Positions 31,304 through 40,173 of a stretch of 64,000 bases of DNA are shown piece after piece. The position numbers were made by a program, and so were the translations under genes. A model generated the notes under the pieces. That model saw only the letters and a list, made by a program, of their open reading frames with translations. It did no database searches and was not told the DNA's origin. Source of the stretch: a bacterium (GTDB taxonomy: Bacteria > UBA8248); the NCBI GenBank assembly GCA_965202625.1, contig CBDBBI010000010.1, forward strand, positions 1,088,001-1,152,000. Direction: 5' to 3'. Position 1 is the stretch's first letter. Each line of letters starts with the position of its first letter.

Positions 31304-33093
31304 CCCTCCGCCGGACGGACGGCGCACAGTTCGAGCTGCGTCCTCGCGCTCCCGCGCCAGCGGTTCAGGCTCGGGGAGAACGCGACGTCCAGTTTTCCCC
31401 TCAGACGATCTGGCTCCTTGAGCAGAGCGCCCATGCCAAACCCAATGGCCTCCCTCTCATCATCGCGAAACTGCCGCAAGCGCAACTTCAGGTGCTCGCC
31501 CTCTCGACCCACCACGCCCGGGCTTCCAACCACCTCGACCCGAGAAGAGCAAAACAGTGGACTCGGGTTCTCCTCTCCAAAGGGCGCCATGTCCTCCAGT
31601 CGCTCCAGAAGGGGAACGTCCACCTCGGATAGGTCAACGGCGGCGTCAAGCACGAGCTGACGCTCATCCGCGCCAGGCGCCCGCATTTCGCGAGCCACCT
31701 CCTGGAAGCGCGCCCTGAAATCAGCAATTTTCCGCTCCTCCACCCTCAGCCCCGCCGCGCCCTTGTGCCCGCCGAACTGGATCAAGAGGTCCGCGCATCG
31801 CTCAAGCGCGTCATACACGTGAACCCCCAAGGCCGAGCGAACCGATCCCTTGCCCACCCCATCCTTGACGTGGATGAGAACCGAGGGCTGGCGATACGCC
31901 TCCACGAGTTTCGACGCCACGATGCCCACCACGCCGGGGTGCCACCTCTCGCTCGAGAGCACGATGGCCTCATCAGAAGCATCGGCTCCCGATGATTCCA
32001 GCATCGCCGTGGCCTCCTCCAACGCCTCTCGCTGGAGGTTCTGGCGCTGGCGATTCCACTCCTCCAACACCTCGGCGTGAGAACGCGCCTCACTCTCGTC
32101 ATCGCAGGTGAGGAGCTCGACCCCGAAGGAGGCTTCCCCCACCCGTCCCGCCGCGTTGAGCCTCGGGGCGAGAGCGAAGGAGACGTGCCGCGCGTCAAGC
32201 GCCCGGGCCTTGAGGTTCGCCGCCGCATACAGCGCGCGAACCCCCGCCTTTCGACGATCCAGTCCCTCAAACCCGCCTTCGTCCATATGGGGGGGCGATA
32301 GAACCTCAAGCCCATGGCGCACGAAAATGTGATTCTCATCCCGCAGGGGGGCCACGTCGGCCACCGTCCCCAACGCGACCAGATCCAGGTGCTGCTTCAG
32401 GTTCGGCAGCGGGGCTTCGAACCCGCTTTCACGCAGGCGCCTTCTGACGGCGGAGACCAGTTTAAACGCGATTCCCACTCCGCAAAGCCCCTTGAAAGGA
32501 TACCCGCAGCCCCTTTGATGGGGGTTGAGGACGGCCAGGGCGCGCGGCGCTTCGTCGGGCGGGCGGTGGTGGTCCGTGATGATGAGGCGAAGCCCCATCT
32601 CCCCGGCCTCCCTCGCCGCAGCGCGCGCACTGATGCCGCAATCCACCGTCACCACCGTGTCGCAGCCCGCCCGCTTGAGCCTCCCCAGCCCTTCCCGGTG
32701 CAGGCCGTATCCCTCTTCCAACCGGCCCGGAATGTAATACGGCGCCTTAACGCCTAGGTGGGAGAGAAAACGGCACATGAGCGCCGTGGCGGAGACGCCG
32801 TCCACGTCATAATCGCCATAGACGCCGATGCGCCGCCGGCTCCTTATCTGCTCCAGGAGATGGGCGACCGCCTCCTCCATCCCCTTCATTAAAAACGGAT
32901 CGCGCAACTCTGCCAGGGGTGCGTCCAAAAATTTACGCGCCTGGCTCGGGGTTTCGATGCCTCGCTGTGCGAGGAGCCTCCCCACAAGGGGGGGGGCGTT
33001 CAACTCTTGCGAGAGTCTGCGGGCGGATTCCGCATCGACCGGACGCAAGCTCCACTTGCGGGGAAAGACGAGCGGTCCCTTTGCATCGTTCAT
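31300..33093 (-). CDS. recJ: ssDNA-specific exonuclease RecJ
   Basis: YGDYDVDG, TVDCG, TDHH, GTVADV, PRLNAAGR, GGHKGAAG, PFGEENP. Confidence 0.96.
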   Translation of the reverse strand: MNDAKGPLVFPRKWSLRPVDAESARRLSQELNAPPLVGRLLAQRGIETPSQARKFLDAPLAELRDPFLMKGMEEAVAHLLEQIRSRRRIGVYGDYDVDGVSATALMCRFLSHLGVKAPYYIPGRLEEGYGLHREGLGRLKRAGCDTVVTVDCGISARAAAREAGEMGLRLIITDHHRPPDEAPRALAVLNPHQRGCGYPFKGLCGVGIAFKLVSAVRRRLRESGFEAPLPNLKQHLDLVALGTVADVAPLRDENHIFVRHGLEVLSPPHMDEGGFEGLDRRKAGVRALYAAANLKARALDARHVSFALAPRLNAAGRVGEASFGVELLTCDDESEARSHAEVLEEWNRQRQNLQREALEEATAMLESSGADASDEAIVLSSERWHPGVVGIVASKLVEAYRQPSVLIHVKDGVGKGSVRSALGVHVYDALERCADLLIQFGGHKGAAGLRVEERKIADFRARFQEVAREMRAPGADERQLVLDAAVDLSEVDVPLLERLEDMAPFGEENPSPLFCSSRVEVVGSPGVVGREGEHLKLRLRQFRDDEREAIGFGMGALLKEPDRLRGKLDVAFSPSLNRWRGSARTQLELCAVRPAEG

Positions 33094-34952
33094 CTCCCCT
33101 GCCCGCTTTCCGGTCCAGCCTCTCCGGGGTCGTCAACGCCCCGCCCATTGCCCATTTCGCGTTTATCCGGATGAGCACCCGGCGGAAAAACGCGCCGTGG
33201 GGCAACCACCAACTCCTCGCCTATCCCGTATTCCCCACTCCCCTCTGAGACGCTTCCCAAGGGCCACACGGCGGCCCTCGTCGAGGTCCGCTTGAGGGGA
33301 TGCACGTTGGAGCCGCGCGTTCCGGATGCATCCACTCCGGCCAAGCGCGGGCGCGGCGCGCTCCGCCGCCGCCACCGATCTCTGAGGTATGGTTTCGGCA
33401 TGGGGCGCCCCATCATTTTCCGCGCGCCCTCGAAATGGGCGTTCACGGGCGCCGGGAATTTCCTGCTGAATGCGATCATCGAGCGAACGAGTGCGAGCGT
33501 GAGCGCTTTGGGGCGGCATGCATCTCCATTCATGAGAACGGAGAACGCGAGGACCTCTCCGTTTCTCGCCGCCGCATACCCGCTCAGCGCGGAAACGCCC
33601 CGCAACATGCCCGTCTTCACCCGCACCCGGCGCGACGCCGCGCTTGCGGGGCGTCTGCTTCGCACCGTGCCGTCGACGCCAAACACGGCCAGCGACGACA
33701 TGAGCTCTGGCCGCAACCTGAAGTCGTTGTGCACCGCTTCGAGCAGAACCACCAGCGCGCGCGGCGAGACGCGGTTCCTCCTGCTCAAGCCCGAACCGTC
33801 GGCGAGGTCGAATTCCTCCGCCGGCACGCCGATCGCGACCAGGAAGTCCCGCACCACGCGGAGACCTTTCTCCGCCGTGCCCGGCGCGCCGCGCGCCTCG
33901 GCACCCAACGTCTTGAGAATCTGCTCGGCAACAAAATTGTTGCTGTGCTTGTTCAGCCCACGAACGATCTCGCCGAGGGGCGGAGAGAGATTTCGCGCCA
34001 AAAGTCGCGCGTCAGGCGGCGTCTCGGCTTGCCGCATTCCGCCCTCCAAGCCAATCCCCTGCCTCTCGAACTCGGCGAGGACCGCGCCGGCCACGAAAGC
34101 GGTGGGGTCCGAGACAGGGGCGCGATACGTTCTCATCCCCTCGCCCGGCGGAATCGATCCGCTCACCCGGACGACGTCCTTCCCGTTCAAACGCTCGCGA
34201 CCGAGCCGGATTCGGGGACGTCCGCCGCGCGAGGTACTCACCGACGACTTCAGGCGAAGCGCACGCGATGAGGGCTCGAGCCGCGCGCGCGCCGGGCGGC
34301 CGGGCTTATCGCCCGGGACCACGACTACGTTCGCCAAACCGAAGTTCAGGGACAACGCCCCATGCGGGGCCAGGTAAGGCTGAATGGAGCGGCCCACTCG
34401 CCATCCCCGTCCATACCTTTTCGCATCGAAGAACGTGTCGTCCGCCACCAAATCGCCCGCGACGTCCCTCACGCCGAGAATATTGAGGCGCCGCACGAGG
34501 TCGCGCATCTTCTCGTGGACGAAGAGGGGGTCGCCATAACCCTTGAGGTAAAGGTCGCCATGTAGGACGCCGCCCCTCAACTCGGCGGCCGCATAAAAAT
34601 CGGTGGCGAACTGATAGTCTGGCCCCAACCGCGCGAGCGCGGCGGCGGCCGTCAGGAGCTTGACGTTCGACGCGGGAATCCGCTTGACGGCGGCTCTGTG
34701 GGAAAAAAGCGTCTGGGCGGTGGAGACCGATCGAACGTAAAGACCCATGCGCTCGGGGTAGGAGCATTGCTTCCTAATGGCGCGCCGCGCCGCCGATCGA
34801 AAGGCGGCCTTGGACAAAACGGCGTCTCGGGGGATGCGCTTTTCGTTCAAGGCGATAGCGCCGGTCGCACAGAACGCGACGATGCACAGAACCATTCCCC
34901 AGCGGAGGAGCCTGACGAAGCGGCCCTGGGCGTCACGATCAACGAATCTCAT
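33090..34952 (-). CDS. dacB: D-Ala-D-Ala carboxypeptidase/endopeptidase PBP4 (peptidase S13) with C-terminal extension
   Basis: PASNVK (SxxK), SNNFVAE (SxN), DGSGLSR, KTG. Confidence 0.92.
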   Translation of the reverse strand: MRFVDRDAQGRFVRLLRWGMVLCIVAFCATGAIALNEKRIPRDAVLSKAAFRSAARRAIRKQCSYPERMGLYVRSVSTAQTLFSHRAAVKRIPASNVKLLTAAAALARLGPDYQFATDFYAAAELRGGVLHGDLYLKGYGDPLFVHEKMRDLVRRLNILGVRDVAGDLVADDTFFDAKRYGRGWRVGRSIQPYLAPHGALSLNFGLANVVVVPGDKPGRPARARLEPSSRALRLKSSVSTSRGGRPRIRLGRERLNGKDVVRVSGSIPPGEGMRTYRAPVSDPTAFVAGAVLAEFERQGIGLEGGMRQAETPPDARLLARNLSPPLGEIVRGLNKHSNNFVAEQILKTLGAEARGAPGTAEKGLRVVRDFLVAIGVPAEEFDLADGSGLSRRNRVSPRALVVLLEAVHNDFRLRPELMSSLAVFGVDGTVRSRRPASAASRRVRVKTGMLRGVSALSGYAAARNGEVLAFSVLMNGDACRPKALTLALVRSMIAFSRKFPAPVNAHFEGARKMMGRPMPKPYLRDRWRRRSAPRPRLAGVDASGTRGSNVHPLKRTSTRAAVWPLGSVSEGSGEYGIGEELVVAPRRVFPPGAHPDKREMGNGRGVDDPGEAGPESGQGR

Positions 34953-35001
34953 ATTTTGTATCCGCCGTGCGGAAGGCGGGAATACCGGAACTTCTCTGTG
35001 C

Positions 35002-35550
35002 TCACAAAAAGGCGAGCGCCTGCATCACCTGCCGGGCCGTCGGGCGATCCCTGAAGTCCCCGCCCACGTGAACGTAGCGAACCACGCCGCGCTTGTCGAT
35101 GATGAAAATCGCGGGACGGGCGATTCCCTCGCTCGGATGAAGCACCCCATAGCGTTGAATGATCCGCTTGCTCGAATCGGAGAGCAGCGGATACCGCACG
35201 CCCAGCTCCCGAATGGTTTTATTGATTTCAAGCGCGCTGTCCGCACTGATAGCGACGATTTCAGCCCCAAGCCCATGCATCTTTTCGGATAATTGTTGGA
35301 ACTCCACGAGTTGCCGTTGGCAAATACTTCAGAAGTGGCCTCGATAGAAGATCATCAGAAGATGCTTCTTCTCCTTGAGGTCGGACAGCCTGAAACCCTG
35401 AATCTCGAACTCGGGCGCTTTGTCTCCCACCTTGGGGCGATTCTCGTCAAAAGGTGCCGCCGCCGCTCCGCCCCCGACCATGAAAGCGAGGACGACCGCC
35501 ATCGCCGCCAAGCCAAAGGCTCGCTTGAAATGACATTTGCTCCATCTCAT
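35002..35550 (-). CDS. Exported peroxiredoxin-like (AhpC/TSA/redoxin) selenoprotein, UxxC motif, in-frame UGA at 35329-35331
   Basis: ORFs 35329..35832 and 35002..35307 share one frame and join as GDKAPEF...IFYRGHF-U-SICQRQL..EIVAIS..YPLLSD..RPAIFIIDKRGVVRY; hydrophobic N-terminal leader. Confidence 0.88.
35298..35315 (-). promoter_or_regulatory. Putative SECIS hairpin of the Prx-like gene
   Basis: GG(C)AACUC-GUG-GAGUUCC; G-starting loop 21 nt after the UGA. Confidence 0.55.
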
Positions 35551-35710
35551 CGGCACTCCCCCACTCGTTCGAACAAAAACCGTCAAGTTCGCCTCTATCC
35601 TAATCCTCTTGAAACGCGCTGTAAACCACGACCGCCTGCGGGATTGACACCCAGCCCCGGCACATGTGAACCTCGGACGCTCCGCTCCCGCCGCGCCTGG
35701 ACCTGCGGAC

Positions 35711-37264
35711 ATGAAAAACCGAATGGCCGTCCTCGCACTGTTGTTGTTCGCATCCGCGCATCCGCTGGGCTGCGGGGAGAAGCGCCCCCCGAAGGACGAC
35801 GCCCTCGTCATCGGCATCGAGAACAACCCCACGCAGCTCGACCCGAGACTATCCCAGGACGCCGTCTCCTCTCAGGTGCAGCGCTTCATATTCAACTCCC
35901 TGCTGGCCAGAGACCAAGCCGGCCGATTCGTCCTGGAACTCGCCAGAAGCTGGGAGCGGCCCACGCCCCTCGTCCATCGCCTCGAGCTCAGGCGCGGAGT
36001 GCGGTTCCACAATGGCGCCTCCCTTACCTCATCCGACGTGAGATATACCTTCGACTCCATCAGAGACCCCGCCCTCGCCTCTCCCCAGGCGGCTACACTC
36101 GACGCGCTCGCGCGCATCGAAACGCCCACGCCGCACACGGTCGTATTCCACCTCAAGGAGCCGTCCGCCTCCTTCGCCGAATCCCTGACAGTCGGCATCC
36201 TCCCCGAAGACGCGGGCAAAGAGCGAGGGCGCTTCGCCCAAAAACCCATTGGCACCGGCCCTTTCGCGTTCGTGGAGTTCGCACCCGATGAGCGCATCAC
36301 TCTGAAAGCGTTCAAGGAGCATTTCGGAGGCAAACCCGCCTTCGACCTCCTCGTCTTCAAAATCCTGCCGGAGGAGACCATCCGCGTCCTCGAGCTGGAG
36401 AGCGGGGGCGTCGACTTCATCCAGAACTCTTTCTCCCCCGATCTGCTGCCTCGGCTCGCCAACAACAAACGGCTCAAGGTGCGCAAGCGCCTCGGCACGA
36501 ATTTCAGCTACATCGGCTTCAACCTCAGCGACCCGATTCTCTCAAAGCGCAAGGTGCGGCGCGCGATAGCCCACGCGATCGACCGGCGGCCCCTCATACG
36601 CTTCATCCTCAAGGGCCTTGCAAGGGAGGCGGATAGCCTGCTGCCGCCGGATCACTGGGCGCACCAAAAGGGCCTGCCGCGCTACGCGCACCGCCCGGAG
36701 TTGGCGAGAAAGCTCCTTGACGAGGCGGGCTTCCCCGATCCCGACGGGCCGGGCCCTAGGCCGCGCTTCACCCTCGTCTACAAAACTTCCCAAAATGAAC
36801 TGAGGCGCCGCATCGCCACCGTGCTGGCCCACCAGCTCGCCCGCGTGGGAGTGGAAATGAAGATACGCTCCTATGAATGGGGCACGTTTTTCGGCGACAT
36901 CCGAAACGGCAACTTCCAGCTTTACAGCCTCACGTGGGTCGGCATATCGGACCCCGACATCTATCGCTATATTTTTCACAGCCGCTTCACGCCGCCGGCC
37001 GGCCTCAACCGGGGGGGCTACCGAAACGCCCGCGTGGACGCGCTGCTCGAGACTGCCCGATGGGCGGCGGGAGCGAAGGAGCGCGCGCGCACGTATGGGG
37101 AGGTGCAGCGCGTGCTGGCCCATGAGCTTCCCTACGTCAACCTGTGGCACAGCGTGAACGTGGCGGCCTTCGACCGGCGCATCTCGGGATATCAGGTATT
37201 TCCGAACGAGGATTTAATATCTCTGGCGAAGGCGCGCCTCGCCCCCAGGGGAGCGAGGCGTTAG
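35711..37264 (+). CDS. Dpp/Opp-type ABC transporter substrate-binding lipoprotein (SBP family 5)
   Basis: Lipobox LGC, LDPR, LRRGVRFHNG..LTSSDVRYTF, PIGTGPF, VRRAIAHAIDR. Confidence 0.92.
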   Translation: MKNRMAVLALLLFASAHPLGCGEKRPPKDDALVIGIENNPTQLDPRLSQDAVSSQVQRFIFNSLLARDQAGRFVLELARSWERPTPLVHRLELRRGVRFHNGASLTSSDVRYTFDSIRDPALASPQAATLDALARIETPTPHTVVFHLKEPSASFAESLTVGILPEDAGKERGRFAQKPIGTGPFAFVEFAPDERITLKAFKEHFGGKPAFDLLVFKILPEETIRVLELESGGVDFIQNSFSPDLLPRLANNKRLKVRKRLGTNFSYIGFNLSDPILSKRKVRRAIAHAIDRRPLIRFILKGLAREADSLLPPDHWAHQKGLPRYAHRPELARKLLDEAGFPDPDGPGPRPRFTLVYKTSQNELRRRIATVLAHQLARVGVEMKIRSYEWGTFFGDIRNGNFQLYSLTWVGISDPDIYRYIFHSRFTPPAGLNRGGYRNARVDALLETARWAAGAKERARTYGEVQRVLAHELPYVNLWHSVNVAAFDRRISGYQVFPNEDLISLAKARLAPRGARR

Positions 37265-38185
37265 ATGTTAGGATTTCTCGTGCGCCGGCTGCTGCTGCTC
37301 ATTCCCGTCCTGTGGGGGGTGACGACGCTCGTGTTCATCGTCACCCAGGTGCTGCCCGGCGACCCGGTGGACCTGATGCTGGGCGAGACCGCCCGGCCCG
37401 CCCAACGCGAACGGCTGCGCCAAACGCTGGGGCTGGACCGTCCCCTCACCACTCAATACGCCGACTACATGGGCGGGCTGTTGAGGGGGGACCTCGGCAC
37501 CTCGCTCCACCAAAAGAGAGGGGTGTCGACCATCATCATGGAGCGGACGTACGCCTCCGCGGAATTGGCGCTCGCCTCCATGTCCATCGCCCTGCTCATC
37601 GCGCTTCCGCTGGGGATCGCGGCGGCGCGGCGACCGGGCGGGGGAACCGACCTCGCGGCGGGTCTCCTCGCCGTGGCCGGGGCCAGCATGCCCGTATTCT
37701 GGCTCGGGCCGTTGCTCATCATTTTCTTCTCCATCGACCTCGGCTGGCTTCCCGTCTCCGGCAGGGAGGGGAGCCTGAGCCTTGTTCTGCCCGCCGTGAC
37801 GCTCGGCGCCGCGCTCTCTCCCATATTGATGCGCATGGCGCGCTCAAGCCTTCTGGAGGTGCTGCCGCAGGACTACATCTCCCTGGCGCGCGCGAAGGGG
37901 ATAACCGAGCGCAGGGTTCTCTGGCTTCACGCGCTGAAAAACGCCTGCCTGCCGCTCATCACCGTGCTCAGCCTCCAGCTCGGCGCGCTGCTATCGGGCG
38001 CCATCATCACGGAGACCGTCTTCGCCTGGCCAGGCGTGGGCCGCCTGGTGATTCAGGCCATCGCCGCCCGCGATTACCCGCTCGTGCAGGGTTGCGTCCT
38101 CTTCATCGCGCTCGTCTACGTGGGCGCCAATTTTCTGGCCGACGTCGCCTACGCAGCCCTCGACCCGCGCGTGAGGATGGAATGA
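37265..38185 (+). CDS. Dpp/Opp-type ABC permease (DppB-like)
   Basis: LPGDPV, GLDRPL, GDLGTS, ARAKG, IITETVFAWPGVG, RDYPLVQG, LDPR. Confidence 0.93.
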   Translation: MLGFLVRRLLLLIPVLWGVTTLVFIVTQVLPGDPVDLMLGETARPAQRERLRQTLGLDRPLTTQYADYMGGLLRGDLGTSLHQKRGVSTIIMERTYASAELALASMSIALLIALPLGIAAARRPGGGTDLAAGLLAVAGASMPVFWLGPLLIIFFSIDLGWLPVSGREGSLSLVLPAVTLGAALSPILMRMARSSLLEVLPQDYISLARAKGITERRVLWLHALKNACLPLITVLSLQLGALLSGAIITETVFAWPGVGRLVIQAIAARDYPLVQGCVLFIALVYVGANFLADVAYAALDPRVRME

Positions 38186-38991
38186 GGCGCCGCCTTTCCA
38201 TCCATCTGGGAGGAGGCGTCATCGCCCTTTTGCTTCTCGCCGCTCTGGCCGCCCCCGCCCTCTCTCCCCACAGCCCGTATGACATGAAACTATCGCAAGG
38301 GCTTGCGGTGCCCGAGACGGCGCATCCCTTCGGGCGGGACAAGCTCGGCCGCGACATTCTGAGCCGCGTTCTGCACGGGGGGAGAACCTCGCTCACGGTG
38401 GGCTTCGCCGCCGTCTGCGCATCCGTCCTCATCGGCGTCCTCATCGGAGGAGTCGCGGGCTATCTGGGCGGCATGTGGGATGAGGGGATCATGCGCGTCA
38501 CCGACGTGTTTCTCGCCTTCCCCGGTATCTTGCTCGCCATCGCGCTCATGTCCGTCCTCGCCCCCAGTTTGTGGAACATCGTCATCTCCCTCTCCGCATT
38601 CGGGTGGGTCGGCTACGCGCGCCTGGTTCGCGCGCAGGTGCTCGCGCTGCGCGAGCGCGAATTCGTGACCGCCGCCCGCGCCTCGGGCGCGGCGCCCGCG
38701 CGAATCCTCACCCGTCACCTGCTCGCGAACCTGCTCTCCCCCGTCATCGTGGAGGCGAGCTTCGGCATGGCGGGCGCGATTCTCGCCGAATCGGGTCTCT
38801 CGTTTCTGGGGTTGGGAATACAACCGCCCGCGCCGAGCTGGGGGGCGATGCTGGCCGAGGGGCGCGACTTCCTGCTCGTCGCGCCACACCTGACGATCTA
38901 TCCTGGAATCGCGCTCGCCCTCACCGTCATGGGCCTGAACATCCTTGGCGACGGACTCAGAGACGCGCTCGACCCGACTCAGAAGAGATAG
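38182..38991 (+). CDS. Dpp/Opp-type ABC permease (DppC-like)
   Basis: ATG overlaps the dppB stop; HPFGRDKLGRDILSR, AESGLSFLGLG, SWGAML, GDGLRDALDP. Confidence 0.93.
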   Translation: MRRRLSIHLGGGVIALLLLAALAAPALSPHSPYDMKLSQGLAVPETAHPFGRDKLGRDILSRVLHGGRTSLTVGFAAVCASVLIGVLIGGVAGYLGGMWDEGIMRVTDVFLAFPGILLAIALMSVLAPSLWNIVISLSAFGWVGYARLVRAQVLALREREFVTAARASGAAPARILTRHLLANLLSPVIVEASFGMAGAILAESGLSFLGLGIQPPAPSWGAMLAEGRDFLLVAPHLTIYPGIALALTVMGLNILGDGLRDALDPTQKR

Positions 38992-39440
38992 AGGAAATAC
39001 CAGCGCCTTTTTTTCTTCTCCGCGCGCGGAATGGGTTCGCGCTTGGGGGCCGGCCCCGCTCCGGTCTCCCTTCTCAGGCGCCCCGCGGGTTTTGGCTTGG
39101 GGATGTTGGCGACGTCCAGCAAAACCCCATGCCCGGGGGCGAATATGGTCGCGCGTTCCTCTCCTCTAAAAAACGTCCCGGGACGAACAATGTGGCATTC
39201 AAGGCATTGAGTGGCGGCGCGCAGCGGGCTTTCCTCTTCATACCGAACCCTGTGCTTCTCAATGTGCGGAGCCTCCTCAAACTTCGCGTGCACGTGACAG
39301 CTCCGGCAGTGGGTTATGACGATCACGTTCTCCTCCGTAGGGAGAAGGGAGCCTCGAATAGCCTCTTCTATCGGCTCGCGCTGACAAGCGGATACGAGCA
39401 GAAAAAAGGCGGCCAACCCCATGAGCCATAAACTTTTCAC
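38979..39440 (-). CDS. Putative di-heme c-type cytochrome lipoprotein
   Basis: Lipobox VSAC; two CxxCH motifs (CRSCH, CLECH) with extra His residues; GTG start after a purine-rich RBS. Confidence 0.65.
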   Translation of the reverse strand: MKSLWLMGLAAFFLLVSACQREPIEEAIRGSLLPTEENVIVITHCRSCHVHAKFEEAPHIEKHRVRYEEESPLRAATQCLECHIVRPGTFFRGEERATIFAPGHGVLLDVANIPKPKPAGRLRRETGAGPAPKREPIPRAEKKKRRWYFLYLF

Positions 39441-39528
39441 ACGCCTCACTCCCCCAAAATTCCCAAAATAAAAACTTCCTCCCCTGTGCCGCATACGCGG
39501 TGCGGGAACCCGGCAACCAAGCCGCGCC

Positions 39529-39942
39529 CTAATTGGCCCGCCTTCGTTCGGCCACCGCCTCGCGCACGTAGGCGACTATTTCGTCCATCGCCGCGCCGGG
39601 GGTGAAAACCTCATCCACTCCCCTTTTCTTGAGGGCGGGAATATCCTCGTCCGGCACGATGCCGCCGCCGAAGAGAGGGACGTCCTCCATCCCCTGCTCG
39701 TTGAGGAGTTCGCGGATTTTCGGAAAAAGGTGATTGTGCGCACCGGAGAGGATCGAGAGGCCCACGCAGTCGACGTCCTCCTGCATGGCGGCCGAGACGA
39801 TCTGCTCCGGCGTCTGACGGATGCCCGTGTAAATCACTTCCATGCCGGCGTCCCTGAGCGCGCGCGCGACGACCTTGGCCCCCCTGTCGTGGCCGTCGAG
39901 GCCGGGCTTGCCGACCAGCACCCGTATCTTTCGCTCGATCAT
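39529..39942 (-). CDS. Cobalamin-binding subunit of a methylmalonyl-CoA-mutase-family enzyme
   Basis: [12 protein letters not shown] (DxHxxG), [27 protein letters not shown]. Confidence 0.93.
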   Translation of the reverse strand: MIERKIRVLVGKPGLDGHDRGAKVVARALRDAGMEVIYTGIRQTPEQIVSAAMQEDVDCVGLSILSGAHNHLFPKIRELLNEQGMEDVPLFGGGIVPDEDIPALKKRGVDEVFTPGAAMDEIVAYVREAVAERRRAN

Positions 39943-40173
39943 TTTCCGCCTCCCGCGCGCTCCCACCCCCCCCAGTTTCAGCGGCGGGTCGCGGCGGCCA
40001 GTTTGCTCGCGCCGACTCCGCTCCACATCGCACTCCTGAAGATTATCCTGCAAAGAAGGCCGCGTTTCAAACGAGTCGCGCAATGATGTCGACTTTTTCC
40101 TCGCACTTGGGTAATCTTGCAAAAATTTAGCTCACGCGCGTTTTCGCATTCCGCCCTTCCACGGGACTCCCGC

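Noticed and set aside
37144-38181. 615-aa ORF suggesting a long N-terminal extension of the DppC permease
   Set aside because: The extension overlaps dppB out of frame; the real start is the ATG at 38182 coupled to the dppB stop
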